In this document: one piece after another, positions 18,801 through 27,558 of the stretch
How the letters are laid out: every line of letters begins with the position of its first letter
How positions within the stretch are numbered: the stretch's first letter is position 1
Notes under the pieces: model-generated
Seen by the model: only the letters and a program-made list of their open reading frames with translations
The model's database searches: none
What the model was told of the DNA's origin: nothing
Assembly: GCA_050015395.1 (NCBI GenBank)
Contig: JBEKBM010000003.1
Location: 1 to 64,000, forward strand
Reading direction: 5' to 3'
DNA length: 64,000 nucleotides
DNA from: Candidatus Bathyarchaeia archaeon
Lineage (GTDB): Archaea; Thermoproteota; Bathyarchaeia; Bathyarchaeales; Bathycorpusculaceae
Program-made: the position numbers and the translations under genes

Positions 18801-19618
18801 AAGTAGCCTTCCAAGGCGAACGGGGCGCTTACAGCGAAAACGCAGTCTTCCAGTTCTTCGGGGCCGACGCACAGGTTAAACCCTGCAAGGACTTCAAGGA
18901 CGTTTTTGACAGCGTATGCACTCAGGAAACCCAGTTCGGCGTCGTACCGGTCGAGAATAGCTTGGAGGGCAGCGTAACACAGAACTACGACCTCTTCCTG
19001 AAGTACAATTTGAAGGTGTGCGGCGAAGTTATCGTGAAAATCGAGCACTGCCTCATCGCAAACCCCGGCACTGCTTTGTCAGATATCAAAGTTGTTTACT
19101 CGCATCCGCAAGCGCTGGGACAGTGCCGAACCTTCTTGGAGGAGTTTGGACGCGAACTCATACCGACATATGACACGGCTGGCAGCGTCAAGATGCTTAA
19201 AGAAAAAGGCTTAAACAACGCTGCGGCGATTGCCAGCGAAAGAGCAGCTAACCTCTACGGCATGCACATCCTCGCCAAAGACATCGCGGACAACCCTGAT
19301 AACTATACACGGTTCTTCGTCCTATCCACAGAGGATTCGCCTGCAACGGGTAAAGACAAAACCAGCATAATCTTCTCAGCCGCCCACAAGCCAGGCTCAC
19401 TCTACCATGCACTAGGTGAGTTCGCCAAAAGAGACATCAACCTCACCAAAATTGAATCCCGACCAACCAAGCAAACGGCGTGGGAATACAACTTCTACTT
19501 GGATTTTGAGGGACACAGGAGCGAGAAACCGTGCGCTGAAGCTCTGAAAGCTCTGGAGAAGTACGCGGTGTTCATTAAGATTTTAGGCTCATATCCTAAA
19601 GCCAAATCGTCACAATAA
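18797..19618 (+). CDS. pheA: Prephenate dehydratase
   Basis: QGERGAYSE, PVENSLEGSV, SHPQALGQC, TRFF, IESRP, ILGSYP. Confidence 0.95.
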   Translation: MKVAFQGERGAYSENAVFQFFGADAQVKPCKDFKDVFDSVCTQETQFGVVPVENSLEGSVTQNYDLFLKYNLKVCGEVIVKIEHCLIANPGTALSDIKVVYSHPQALGQCRTFLEEFGRELIPTYDTAGSVKMLKEKGLNNAAAIASERAANLYGMHILAKDIADNPDNYTRFFVLSTEDSPATGKDKTSIIFSAAHKPGSLYHALGEFAKRDINLTKIESRPTKQTAWEYNFYLDFEGHRSEKPCAEALKALEKYAVFIKILGSYPKAKSSQ

Positions 19619-19633
19619 GCTTAAATGGATGAT

Positions 19634-19651
19634 TGTAACATATTTGTTACA
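19634..19651. promoter_or_regulatory. Perfect palindrome, likely autoregulatory operator of the MNT-HEPN module
   Basis: TGTAACA-tatt-TGTTACA between a TTAAAT box and ATG 19653. Confidence 0.55.
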
Positions 19652-19652
19652 T

Positions 19653-20201
19653 ATGGAACAAAAAGATTACAAACTTGAGGTAATAAATTTTCTTGTACAA
19701 GAGCGAGGGCATGTACGAGGAATAGCAAGTAAACTTGGCACAAATCACATGCTTATTGCAAGGAAAATAAATGAGCTGTCAAACGAAAACGTCGTTGATT
19801 TTCTTCAGGAAGGAAAAAACAAGACTTACTTTCTTAAAAAAACGGCAGAGGCGAGAGCATCCATTTTTATGGCAGAAAATTACAAATTGCTTCAAACCTT
19901 AGAGAAGTATCCACGTTTGCGGAATGTAATCGAAAAAATCCAAAGAGACCGAAAAATGTGTTTAGCGCTTCTTTTCGGGTCGTATGCGAAAGGCACTGCG
20001 TTAAAAGAAAGTGACGTTGACATTTATGTGGAAAGTAGAGACCTGAATCTCAGAAAAAATTTGAAATTGCTCGACTCAAAATTAAGCGTGAAAATAGGGG
20101 ACTATGATAGAGCGTCCCCACTGATAAAGGAAATTGAAAAGAACCATGTAGTATTAAAAGGGGTTGAATATTTCTATGAAAAAAATCAGTTTTTTGAGTA
20201 A
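19653..20201 (+). CDS. HTH-fused minimal nucleotidyltransferase (MNT antitoxin)
   Basis: N-terminal wHTH; LFGSYAKG..ESDVDI; start moved to ATG 19653 (MEQKDY). Confidence 0.85.
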   Translation: MEQKDYKLEVINFLVQERGHVRGIASKLGTNHMLIARKINELSNENVVDFLQEGKNKTYFLKKTAEARASIFMAENYKLLQTLEKYPRLRNVIEKIQRDRKMCLALLFGSYAKGTALKESDVDIYVESRDLNLRKNLKLLDSKLSVKIGDYDRASPLIKEIEKNHVVLKGVEYFYEKNQFFE

Positions 20202-20646
20202 ACTCAAAAGAGAAGGTAAACTGCAGCTAGTTTCACCAAGCGAAACGATAAAAGATTCCTACTTGAAAAAATCTGAAAGCAATCTTGCCTCCGCGAAAAT
20301 CCTTCTAGAAAATGAGCGGCTTGAGGAATCCGTTTCTCTAGCATACTTTAGCATGTACAATATGCTAACTGCGATTCTCTTTCAGGTTGGAATAAAATGC
20401 GAGAACCATTCAGCAAGCATAATTTTGCTTAGTGCCCTTTTCGGTATAGACAACGAGAGTATATCTTCCGCAAAGGATGAGAGAATTGACAAGCAATATT
20501 ACGTAGATTTTAGTGTAACGAGGGAAGACACTGTTGAATTGATAGAGACCGCAGAAGATTTCAACAAGAACCTTTTCGATTTCTCATCAAAAATGAATAG
20601 CCAGAAAATAAAGGATTACAGAAAGCGGTTTTTAGAGTTAGTTTGA
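20176..20646 (+). CDS. HEPN domain protein (MNT-HEPN partner)
   Basis: YFSMY..GIKCENH..ERIDKQYY; overlaps the MNT gene. Confidence 0.85.
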   Translation: MKKISFLSKLKREGKLQLVSPSETIKDSYLKKSESNLASAKILLENERLEESVSLAYFSMYNMLTAILFQVGIKCENHSASIILLSALFGIDNESISSAKDERIDKQYYVDFSVTREDTVELIETAEDFNKNLFDFSSKMNSQKIKDYRKRFLELV

Positions 20647-20682
20647 GTCTGAATAACGTTTGTTTTAACAGGTAACGAGCAA

Positions 20683-20727
20683 GCAGTCTTCGTGAAGATT
20701 CTAGGCTCCTACCCTAGGGTCATATAG
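20683..20727 (+). pseudogene. Relic duplicate of the pheA 3' end
   Basis: AVFVKILGSYPRVI* versus pheA AVFIKILGSYPKAKSSQ*; 10/11 aa identical, with mostly synonymous nucleotide differences. Confidence 0.85.
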
Positions 20728-20751
20728 ATACATTGACGTTTTTCTACTGGC

Positions 20752-22554
20752 TCAAAGTATTGCTTTATCAAGAATAAAGCGGAATGTTTTACCTTGATAT
20801 ATTTTGCCTAGTTCAATTTTCTCAGTATCTAATACCAGTTGTTTCAGATCAGGTCTAGCCTTCTCAAGAGTTTCAGAAGAAGTAACTTGAGGGTTGATCA
20901 TTTTTTCGATTTCTGGGTAAGGATTGAGTTTGTAATACTCTTTCCATTCGATGTTTTGTAATTGAAGAAGACGATTTTTTAAAGTTTCAAGTCTTTCAAA
21001 GGTCGTCTTAGTACTTTTCAGTTTGTAAGCATATTTATCGCCTAGAAGCACCAATTTTTTATCACGCTCAGAAATCATCGCCTCGACCCAACTCTTTGCA
21101 GCCGTTTCGGAATTAATAATATTAGCTTTATCAGAAAAATTGAAACCGATTTTGTTCCAATCGAAGTGTGCCAGCGTAAGTTTATCTATGTCAAAGGCTT
21201 GGAAAGAGCTGTTAACCCTTTGTAACCATTTGTCAATGAATTCATCATTAGCTATAACCGAATGCAACAGCGCCTTGACCGCAAAAATCGAAAGTTCAAA
21301 AGGACCGATAAATTGTGATTCCAAGTTTTTCCATTCTATGCCAGATTTCTCCAGTGCACTTTCAGCCAGTGTAGAAAACTCGGCATCTATACACCATCTT
21401 GCTAAATAGACCCAACGGTTAGTACTGCCATATTTATCTTCATCAGCTATGCTTTCTTTTTCTGTCTTACAAGCAGTCTTTAGAGTTCCAATATAATGGT
21501 TTCTTAATTGTTGTAAAACCGTGGCAAAGGGGTACGAGAGGCAGATGACTCTATTGGCAATTCTTGATTCGTCGCGCGTTTGAATGTTAATAAATCGAAG
21601 TTTTTTATCGAAAATACTCTGTGCATCCGGAGAAACTAAAATAACATGCAAATCCTCGTTAGCTCTTGCAGCATCCCAGAGCATATGGACTAGATAATTA
21701 TCTCTGAACGAGTACCCTACAACAATCAAAAGCTTAGTGTTATGGTTGAACAACTTTTTCTTGAATAACACCTGCAGATCAGTAAGTGGCTCAACGTACT
21801 CGGATTTTTGAGCTGGATAGATAAGTAACGGTTCGACTGCTTCACCGTATATTAAGCGTAGACCTTCGTTGGAGTTAGAGTGAACGGGGATTTTTACGCA
21901 CTCTTTCGTTTTTTTGTTTTCATACCAAATAACTGAACCATGAAGTTTGTAGTGCTTCACATCAAACGATGCCTTAAAATTCCCTTCGTTCCAGTAAATA
22001 TCAAAACCATCTGTGTATCTTCTGTGGCTTAGATAACTTATTTGTTCAATGCAAGTATCATAATTTGTGGAAAATATTTCGATGGGGGTCTCAAATTTAA
22101 GGAGCTCTTGTAAATACGTTAGGCTGCTTTCTTTTTCTACTATTACCTTAGCTCTGATAAACGCCTCTAATAGATTTTTTAGCTCTAAAAACGATTTTGG
22201 GTCTGAGTCTAAACAAAATTTTTTGTCTGAGTAGAAATCGAGTAGTGGCACCTGTTCTTTATTGATAAGGTCACGTAAAGTAGCTAGCAGTTGTTCCACA
22301 TCAACTTCATACTTGTCCAAATTGCCAGTTTTTCTGTTGAAAGTTTCTCTGACCGCCAAAATATCTAGTAACATCTTGGTTAACGGTTGATGCTGTGCTT
22401 CAATGTATCTAATAAATTCGCTAACAAACCCATACGTGTCAGGGATCCCAGCATCCATTGATGCACCAGCGCCCAAGAGAAATACCACATCTTCTCTGCT
22501 TTCTTCCTGTTCGGTCACAAGTATCAGCTCGTATGTTACAGATATTATTGACAA
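20752..22554 (-). CDS. SIR2-like (SIR2_2) NADase domain protein with uncharacterised C-terminus
   Basis: FLLGAGAS..GIP, STNYD, KLHGS, VGYSFRD. Confidence 0.88.
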   Translation of the reverse strand: MSIISVTYELILVTEQEESREDVVFLLGAGASMDAGIPDTYGFVSEFIRYIEAQHQPLTKMLLDILAVRETFNRKTGNLDKYEVDVEQLLATLRDLINKEQVPLLDFYSDKKFCLDSDPKSFLELKNLLEAFIRAKVIVEKESSLTYLQELLKFETPIEIFSTNYDTCIEQISYLSHRRYTDGFDIYWNEGNFKASFDVKHYKLHGSVIWYENKKTKECVKIPVHSNSNEGLRLIYGEAVEPLLIYPAQKSEYVEPLTDLQVLFKKKLFNHNTKLLIVVGYSFRDNYLVHMLWDAARANEDLHVILVSPDAQSIFDKKLRFINIQTRDESRIANRVICLSYPFATVLQQLRNHYIGTLKTACKTEKESIADEDKYGSTNRWVYLARWCIDAEFSTLAESALEKSGIEWKNLESQFIGPFELSIFAVKALLHSVIANDEFIDKWLQRVNSSFQAFDIDKLTLAHFDWNKIGFNFSDKANIINSETAAKSWVEAMISERDKKLVLLGDKYAYKLKSTKTTFERLETLKNRLLQLQNIEWKEYYKLNPYPEIEKMINPQVTSSETLEKARPDLKQLVLDTEKIELGKIYQGKTFRFILDKAIL

Positions 22555-22587
22555 GCGTTTGTTTATAATTTCTTTTGTCTTTACAAC

Positions 22588-22689
22588 TTATTTTTCTGTT
22601 ACTTCTTGCATTTTGTACATTGCTTGATATAACTTGGCATTGCATGAGTTAACTACTGTCAGCTTGGCCTTCAAATGCTCAATTCTTTT
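22588..22689 (-). pseudogene. Degenerate relic of the tyrA 3' end (33 codons plus stop)
   Basis: KRIEHLKAKLTVVNSCNAKLYQAMYKMQEVTEK* aligns without gaps to TyrA KRMERLKAKLTEADPDFAKSYEAMYRMLEATEK*. Confidence 0.85.
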
Positions 22690-22707
22690 ATGATTATGCA
22701 AAACTCA

Positions 22708-23331
22708 TTATGTCTTGACCACACTACGATAGAAGTTCTCTATGACTTTGTGTCCTTCAAAGTGAGTTTCTTTTTTGTTGGCTATGCGTTCGGGGTGGAA
22801 CTGAACGCCGTAAAACGGTTTGCTTTTGTGCTTAACGGCTTCCACTTCGCATGAAGCTGAATCCGCGAGCAGAAGAAAACCAGCCGCGTCGAGACTTTCT
22901 TTTAAGACATAATCGTAGTGTGATTCAGATAGTTGTATCGTGTTGTGTTTTGCAAAGCCTGCAAATATTTCGTCAACGTCAACTACCCGAACTTTTTCAA
23001 ACTGGTCAAAAACTGGTTGAGGAAGTGAGCCTACTTTGGCGCCAAATGCCCAACAAAGCAATTGATGACCATAGCAAATACCCAGTATGGGTAAGTTACA
23101 GGTTTTTATTAAATTAACAACTCCTTCGAACATATGTCTGTGAGAAGGATTGACTATTCTAGCTGCAGACCCACTGATGACAACACAGTCTACGTCCTTC
23201 TCAACGTGGTAGCCCTCATCGACATCTCTGAATTGGATAACGGTGTACTCGCTAAATTTTCTAACCGCTTCAAGTAAAGCCTCGTTTGTCGTGGCTTTCA
23301 GAGAACAGTTCACAAGCAATGACTTCGTCAT
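22708..23331 (-). CDS. Class I glutamine amidotransferase (GuaA-A-like)
   Basis: ILGICYGHQ, GVQFHPE (Cys-His-Glu triad). Confidence 0.88.
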   Translation of the reverse strand: MTKSLLVNCSLKATTNEALLEAVRKFSEYTVIQFRDVDEGYHVEKDVDCVVISGSAARIVNPSHRHMFEGVVNLIKTCNLPILGICYGHQLLCWAFGAKVGSLPQPVFDQFEKVRVVDVDEIFAGFAKHNTIQLSESHYDYVLKESLDAAGFLLLADSASCEVEAVKHKSKPFYGVQFHPERIANKKETHFEGHKVIENFYRSVVKT

Positions 23332-23387
23332 CTAATCACTTCATTCACAGCTTGATTTCTCATAAATCAGATATAAGATTGAATATG

Positions 23388-23555
23388 CTATATCTCAACT
23401 GCTATATCCACATATGCTTCAGCGTCGTAAAGGATTCCTTCCATCCCTCGGTGTCTTCCGCTTTTCATAATTAGCCTCGGTCCAGAGACTTTGCGGGCAA
23501 CGTAGACTATGCGTTTGCCGATTATTCCGTCGCTTGCCTTAGTTAGCGTAGTCAT
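23388..23555 (-). CDS. Small 55-aa hypothetical protein coupled to the RHH gene
   Basis: MTTLTKASDGIIGKRIVYVARKVSGPRLIMKSGRHRGMEGILYDAEAYVDIAVEI*; ATGA overlap with the upstream stop codon. Confidence 0.5.
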   Translation of the reverse strand: MTTLTKASDGIIGKRIVYVARKVSGPRLIMKSGRHRGMEGILYDAEAYVDIAVEI

Positions 23556-23902
23556 TTTTTCGCCTTCTTTATGTGTCCATCTTCCAGAAGCTTATTAATA
23601 GTCTTGAAGGTTACGCCGAAATCCAACCCCAGTGCGTCAGCTATTTCACTGGCAAAATTAGGACCAGGGTGCTGCTTCAAATAGGTCTCAATCATGTGCT
23701 CAGCATCGTGGTTTTCCACCTTTTTGACGCTGATAACTTCCATGCTACCGAGCTTATCCCGTACGGCTTCCCGCAGGAAATCGGCAAAACTACGATAAAG
23801 TCCTGCTTCAATGAGTTGCTGAACCTTAACATAATCTGATTTCGAAAGTCTCACAGCTGCTTGAAGCCCTTCCGACTTAACGATTTTCTGCTTCTGCACC
23901 AT
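23552..23902 (-). CDS. RHH (CopG-like) plus HTH regulator or antitoxin
   Basis: AVRLS..LIEAGLYRSFADFLREAVRDKL; C-terminal ASEIADALGL HTH. Confidence 0.8.
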   Translation of the reverse strand: MVQKQKIVKSEGLQAAVRLSKSDYVKVQQLIEAGLYRSFADFLREAVRDKLGSMEVISVKKVENHDAEHMIETYLKQHPGPNFASEIADALGLDFGVTFKTINKLLEDGHIKKAKK

Positions 23903-24045
23903 AAAAAATTATTCCTTTTGGTACCAAATGGTATGAAATACCTAATAAATATTCTGTTAAAACATCACATCATAACCAAGAAAATAAAATTTGTCGAATA
24001 GAACTCACATTAAAGCAAAAATATAACATGAAGTTAGCCAGTTTC

Positions 24046-24075
24046 TTATTTTTCGGTGGCTTCCAGCATTTGGTA
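24046..24075 (-). repeat. Direct repeat of the last 30 nt of tyrA
   Basis: TTATTTTTCGGTGGCTTCCAGCATTTGGTA versus 25562-25591 TTATTTTTCGGTGGCTTCGAGCATTCGGTA (28/30); YQMLEATEK* versus YRMLEATEK*. Confidence 0.9.
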
Positions 24076-24138
24076 GCTTCGGAGTCAGCAAATAATTTAA
24101 GTGCTTACATGAATTACTATGAACAGATAGTCTGAAAG

Positions 24139-25554
24139 GTGTTGCCAATGCCGCCATTCTTGCCCTTATTTGAGAGAAACATATTTCTAGACTTCATTGA
24201 TCCTGCCAAAGTTGAGCAAGATTCTGATGTTATAAAAGATTACTTTGAAGGTGGCTGTGACGTTAATGCAAAGGTATTGTTGGAGGTCGAAAACCAGAAA
24301 TGGAAATTCTACTTAGACAATCTGATGGTTATCCGTCGAAATCAGCTTTTCGGCACCTCTACACCAATACCTGATGAAGATAAGAAAGTAGATCAGCTTG
24401 CAAGCGAGGGAAAATTACTAGCTCAAGAGCTGAAGCAAATACGAAATGTGAGACCCATATCCACTCGAACATTGGCGACATGGCTGAATAAGGAAGCGAG
24501 AAGAACTGAATACCTCGAAGCTAAATCTATCCCGTATCCAAATGATGAAGAACATCAACAACACCTTTCGTGGATTGTCTCGAATACATTGGCAGAATTG
24601 TACTTTCCAGAGGGATTCTTTACAAGCGGAATTTTCAAGTTGGAATCTGGGTTCTCAACTTTTCCTTACGATTTTTTGGAGTGCTTTCTAGGTCAGCGTC
24701 AACTTTACATTTGGTATCTAATTTACACCCAGAGAGGTCCTGAACATTTCCTAAAAAATCTAGAAGGGGTCATTATTCGAAGATACATAGTTACACGGAC
24801 TTTCTCTATGAATGCCTATAGCCTTCTAAACGTACTAATGTTCAACGGTAATGACCAAAATAGATGCAATCGTTTTTTTACCAGGCGCATGGAGAAAAAC
24901 ATCAGCGTTGAGGCGACTTATTGGTGTGGACTTACCAATAGTATTGGGGCAAGGAATGAAGAAGATTCCTTCAAGAACTTTTTCATGTCAAATCCATCTT
25001 CAAACTGCAATTTTAGAGACCCATTTCAACCAGCTCGTGATTCAGAACCAGGACTAATCGAGCAAGCGATTTTTAACCATGTTGTTGGAAACTATTGCGC
25101 CTCAGTGAATTTACTTTTTCCGTTAATAGAGGGAGTCATTTGGGACATCTCAGTCGCAGAACATCTTCTGAATGGAGGAATATACACAACATCTTCAAAT
25201 TTGAGCACTAGGGATGTCAAAAGCCGTCAACTTCTTGATGATAGCGGAACACCCATTCCAATTCGTCATGGCGCACCCAGTTTAAAAGAGCTTCTGGAAA
25301 ATACTAGAATGAAAAATATCTTCCATACACAATTCCTAAAGTTCCTATGCGGGGAAGTATTTCCTGATGAGAGAAACCCTATTCTTCACGGTGTCCTGCT
25401 TGATTATAACTCTCCTTCTCTATCGTCTCGTCTTCTTTTAGTCGTTGAATATTTGCACTCAATAATCAAGAACAAACAATACTTATATCCTGTGCAACTT
25501 GACCCGACTGGTTATTGGACACCAGAAAAAAGTGGCGACCCAAGATTCTTTTGA
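24139..25554 (+). CDS. Large protein with C-terminal HEPN-like (DUF4209-like) domain
   Basis: LLFPLIEGVI helix followed by the RNPILHG (Rx4H) motif. Confidence 0.65.
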   Translation: MLPMPPFLPLFERNIFLDFIDPAKVEQDSDVIKDYFEGGCDVNAKVLLEVENQKWKFYLDNLMVIRRNQLFGTSTPIPDEDKKVDQLASEGKLLAQELKQIRNVRPISTRTLATWLNKEARRTEYLEAKSIPYPNDEEHQQHLSWIVSNTLAELYFPEGFFTSGIFKLESGFSTFPYDFLECFLGQRQLYIWYLIYTQRGPEHFLKNLEGVIIRRYIVTRTFSMNAYSLLNVLMFNGNDQNRCNRFFTRRMEKNISVEATYWCGLTNSIGARNEEDSFKNFFMSNPSSNCNFRDPFQPARDSEPGLIEQAIFNHVVGNYCASVNLLFPLIEGVIWDISVAEHLLNGGIYTTSSNLSTRDVKSRQLLDDSGTPIPIRHGAPSLKELLENTRMKNIFHTQFLKFLCGEVFPDERNPILHGVLLDYNSPSLSSRLLLVVEYLHSIIKNKQYLYPVQLDPTGYWTPEKSGDPRFF

Positions 25555-25561
25555 TATGCTT

Positions 25562-26437
25562 TTATTTTTCGGTGGCTTCGAGCATTCGGTACATGGCTTC
25601 GTAGGATTTAGCAAAGTCTGGGTCAGCTTCAGTCAATTTAGCCTTTAAGCGCTCCATTCGCTTCACAATTGCGTCTGCATCCTTGTTTTTGATTAAGCTC
25701 AACCATTCATTTGCTTTAGCCATAAACAATTCTTCGATTTCGCCCAGCTCAGGCAAGTTCGTTTGTAGACTTGCATAAAGGTCAGGTGTTTCAAGAGCTG
25801 TTGCCTCTGCCAAAGTGAATAGCATCCGATATGTAGTGCCCGCGACTTCTTTTGTTTCTGGGAAATCTTTTTGTTCCAGGAGCGTTTCGCAAGCAACTAA
25901 GCCCAGAAAATGTGGTAGACCAAGAACAACCGATATAAGTTCATCATGCTTTTTCGGAGACATGACAAAGACATGCGCTTCTTCTTGTTCTAGCCACTTC
26001 TTGAATTGTTCTGCGAACTTTTCCTCTTCAGGGCTGGTTGGAGTGAGAATGTATGCTTTGTGTTTGACGCCGCTGCTTCCTGGCCCAAAAACTGGATGAG
26101 TCCCCAGAACTAAGGCGCCTTTTATGTTCTCATGCATGGTTTTGACGGGGGTTTCTTTGATTGAGCATATGTCCATGACGACTTGTCCTTGGTGAAGTGC
26201 CGGGCTAATAGTTTTTACTACTTCTTCAAAAGCGTTTATGGATACGCAGATTAGAACTTGGTCTGCATCAGTAACGGCTTCCTTGAAATCGGTGGTTAAC
26301 TTGATTTGTAATTCTTTTTTTAGATTGGCTATTTTTTCTTTTTTCCTGTCTGCCAGTGTCACAGAGTAGCCTTTTGAATTAAAAAATTTAGCGAACCAAA
26401 CACCCATTTTTCCCGCGCCAATTATGGCAATTTTCAT
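25562..26437 (-). CDS. tyrA: Prephenate dehydrogenase
   Basis: IIGAGKMG, DICSIK, GTHPVFGP, HD....V.GLPH. Confidence 0.93.
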   Translation of the reverse strand: MKIAIIGAGKMGVWFAKFFNSKGYSVTLADRKKEKIANLKKELQIKLTTDFKEAVTDADQVLICVSINAFEEVVKTISPALHQGQVVMDICSIKETPVKTMHENIKGALVLGTHPVFGPGSSGVKHKAYILTPTSPEEEKFAEQFKKWLEQEEAHVFVMSPKKHDELISVVLGLPHFLGLVACETLLEQKDFPETKEVAGTTYRMLFTLAEATALETPDLYASLQTNLPELGEIEELFMAKANEWLSLIKNKDADAIVKRMERLKAKLTEADPDFAKSYEAMYRMLEATEK

Positions 26438-27558
26438 TCAAGCGCCTCGCTAATCTTGTCTAAGGCAGTTTTTATTTCGTCTCTGGGTGCAGTTAAAGAG
26501 ATTCTAAAGTGTTCTTTGTAATCGCCGAACGCTGTGCCTGGAGCTACTGCTACGCCTTTATCCAGCAAGTCTAAGGTGAATTTTTCGGAGTTTAAGCCTG
26601 GATGCTTGGGGAAAACGTAGAATGGCGCTTCAGGTTTTGTGAATGAGAGCCCTGCCTTGGCTAAGGTTTTGGTTGCCATTTTTGCTCTTTCTTGGTATTC
26701 TTCTTTGATTTTTGTGGCGAGTTGTTTTTGCATTTCCAGCGCTTTTAGGGCTGCTTCTTGAATGAATACTGGAACGTTGTTGATGGTGATTTGGTTGAGT
26801 TTAGTTATGTTATCGACGAGCTGTTTGTTCGCTATGATGTAGCCGATTCGCCAGCCTGTCATGGTGAATGTTTTGGAGAAGCCGTTGGATAAAATATGGG
26901 TGTGGTTGCCGTCATACTCTAGGATACTTTTTGTTTTAACGAAACTGATTGTTCCATAAACCTCATCGGATAGTATTGTGACGCCTTTCTTGTTGGCTAT
27001 TTCCACTATGCCGTCTAGTGTTTCAGCATCCATGACTTTGCTTGTAGGATTATTAGGATTGTTGAGTATTATCATGCGGGTGTTCTTGTCAATCATGGCT
27101 TCAAGCTTGTCTAAATCTACTTTCCAGCCGTCTTCCATCTCTGTCCTTAACAGTTTAGTTTGAGCACCAAGGCTCTTAGCGATTAAATCGTAAGCTGTCC
27201 AGTAAGGCGTCGGGATAATTACGTTTCCTCCTGCCTTCATCATGAGATACATGGTGGCGAATATGCCCCATTTTGAACCAGGCGTAATAACCACGTTTTC
27301 AGCTTTAACTCCATGGAGTTCAGCGAGCCTTTCTCTAAGGTTGGTCTCGCCGTAAGAGGAAGAATATTTTGTTTTGCCCGCCTTCATCGCTGCGTATGCC
27401 GCTTCAATTATCTCGTTAGGCGTAGCTAAGTCTGGGTCGCCTAGGTTTAAGCGTATTATCTTTTTTCCTTCATTTTCGAGCCTTATGGCTTTCTCGTTTA
27501 TTTCATAGAGCACGGCGTTAACTCTCCGTTGAGAGGTCTTTCTACTCTTGAACAGCAC
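26434..27558 (-). CDS. Class I/II PLP aminotransferase (aromatic/aspartate)
   Basis: NNPNNPT, SDEVY, GFSKTFTMTGWRIG; true start may be a GTG slightly downstream. Confidence 0.9.
   Translation of the reverse strand: MLFKSRKTSQRRVNAVLYEINEKAIRLENEGKKIIRLNLGDPDLATPNEIIEAAYAAMKAGKTKYSSSYGETNLRERLAELHGVKAENVVITPGSKWGIFATMYLMMKAGGNVIIPTPYWTAYDLIAKSLGAQTKLLRTEMEDGWKVDLDKLEAMIDKNTRMIILNNPNNPTSKVMDAETLDGIVEIANKKGVTILSDEVYGTISFVKTKSILEYDGNHTHILSNGFSKTFTMTGWRIGYIIANKQLVDNITKLNQITINNVPVFIQEAALKALEMQKQLATKIKEEYQERAKMATKTLAKAGLSFTKPEAPFYVFPKHPGLNSEKFTLDLLDKGVAVAPGTAFGDYKEHFRISLTAPRDEIKTALDKISEALE

Noticed and set aside
18152-19048. 298-aa antisense ORF, and many similar shadow ORFs in the track
   Set aside because: They lie opposite well-supported genes (leuA/pheA and others) and show no motifs.
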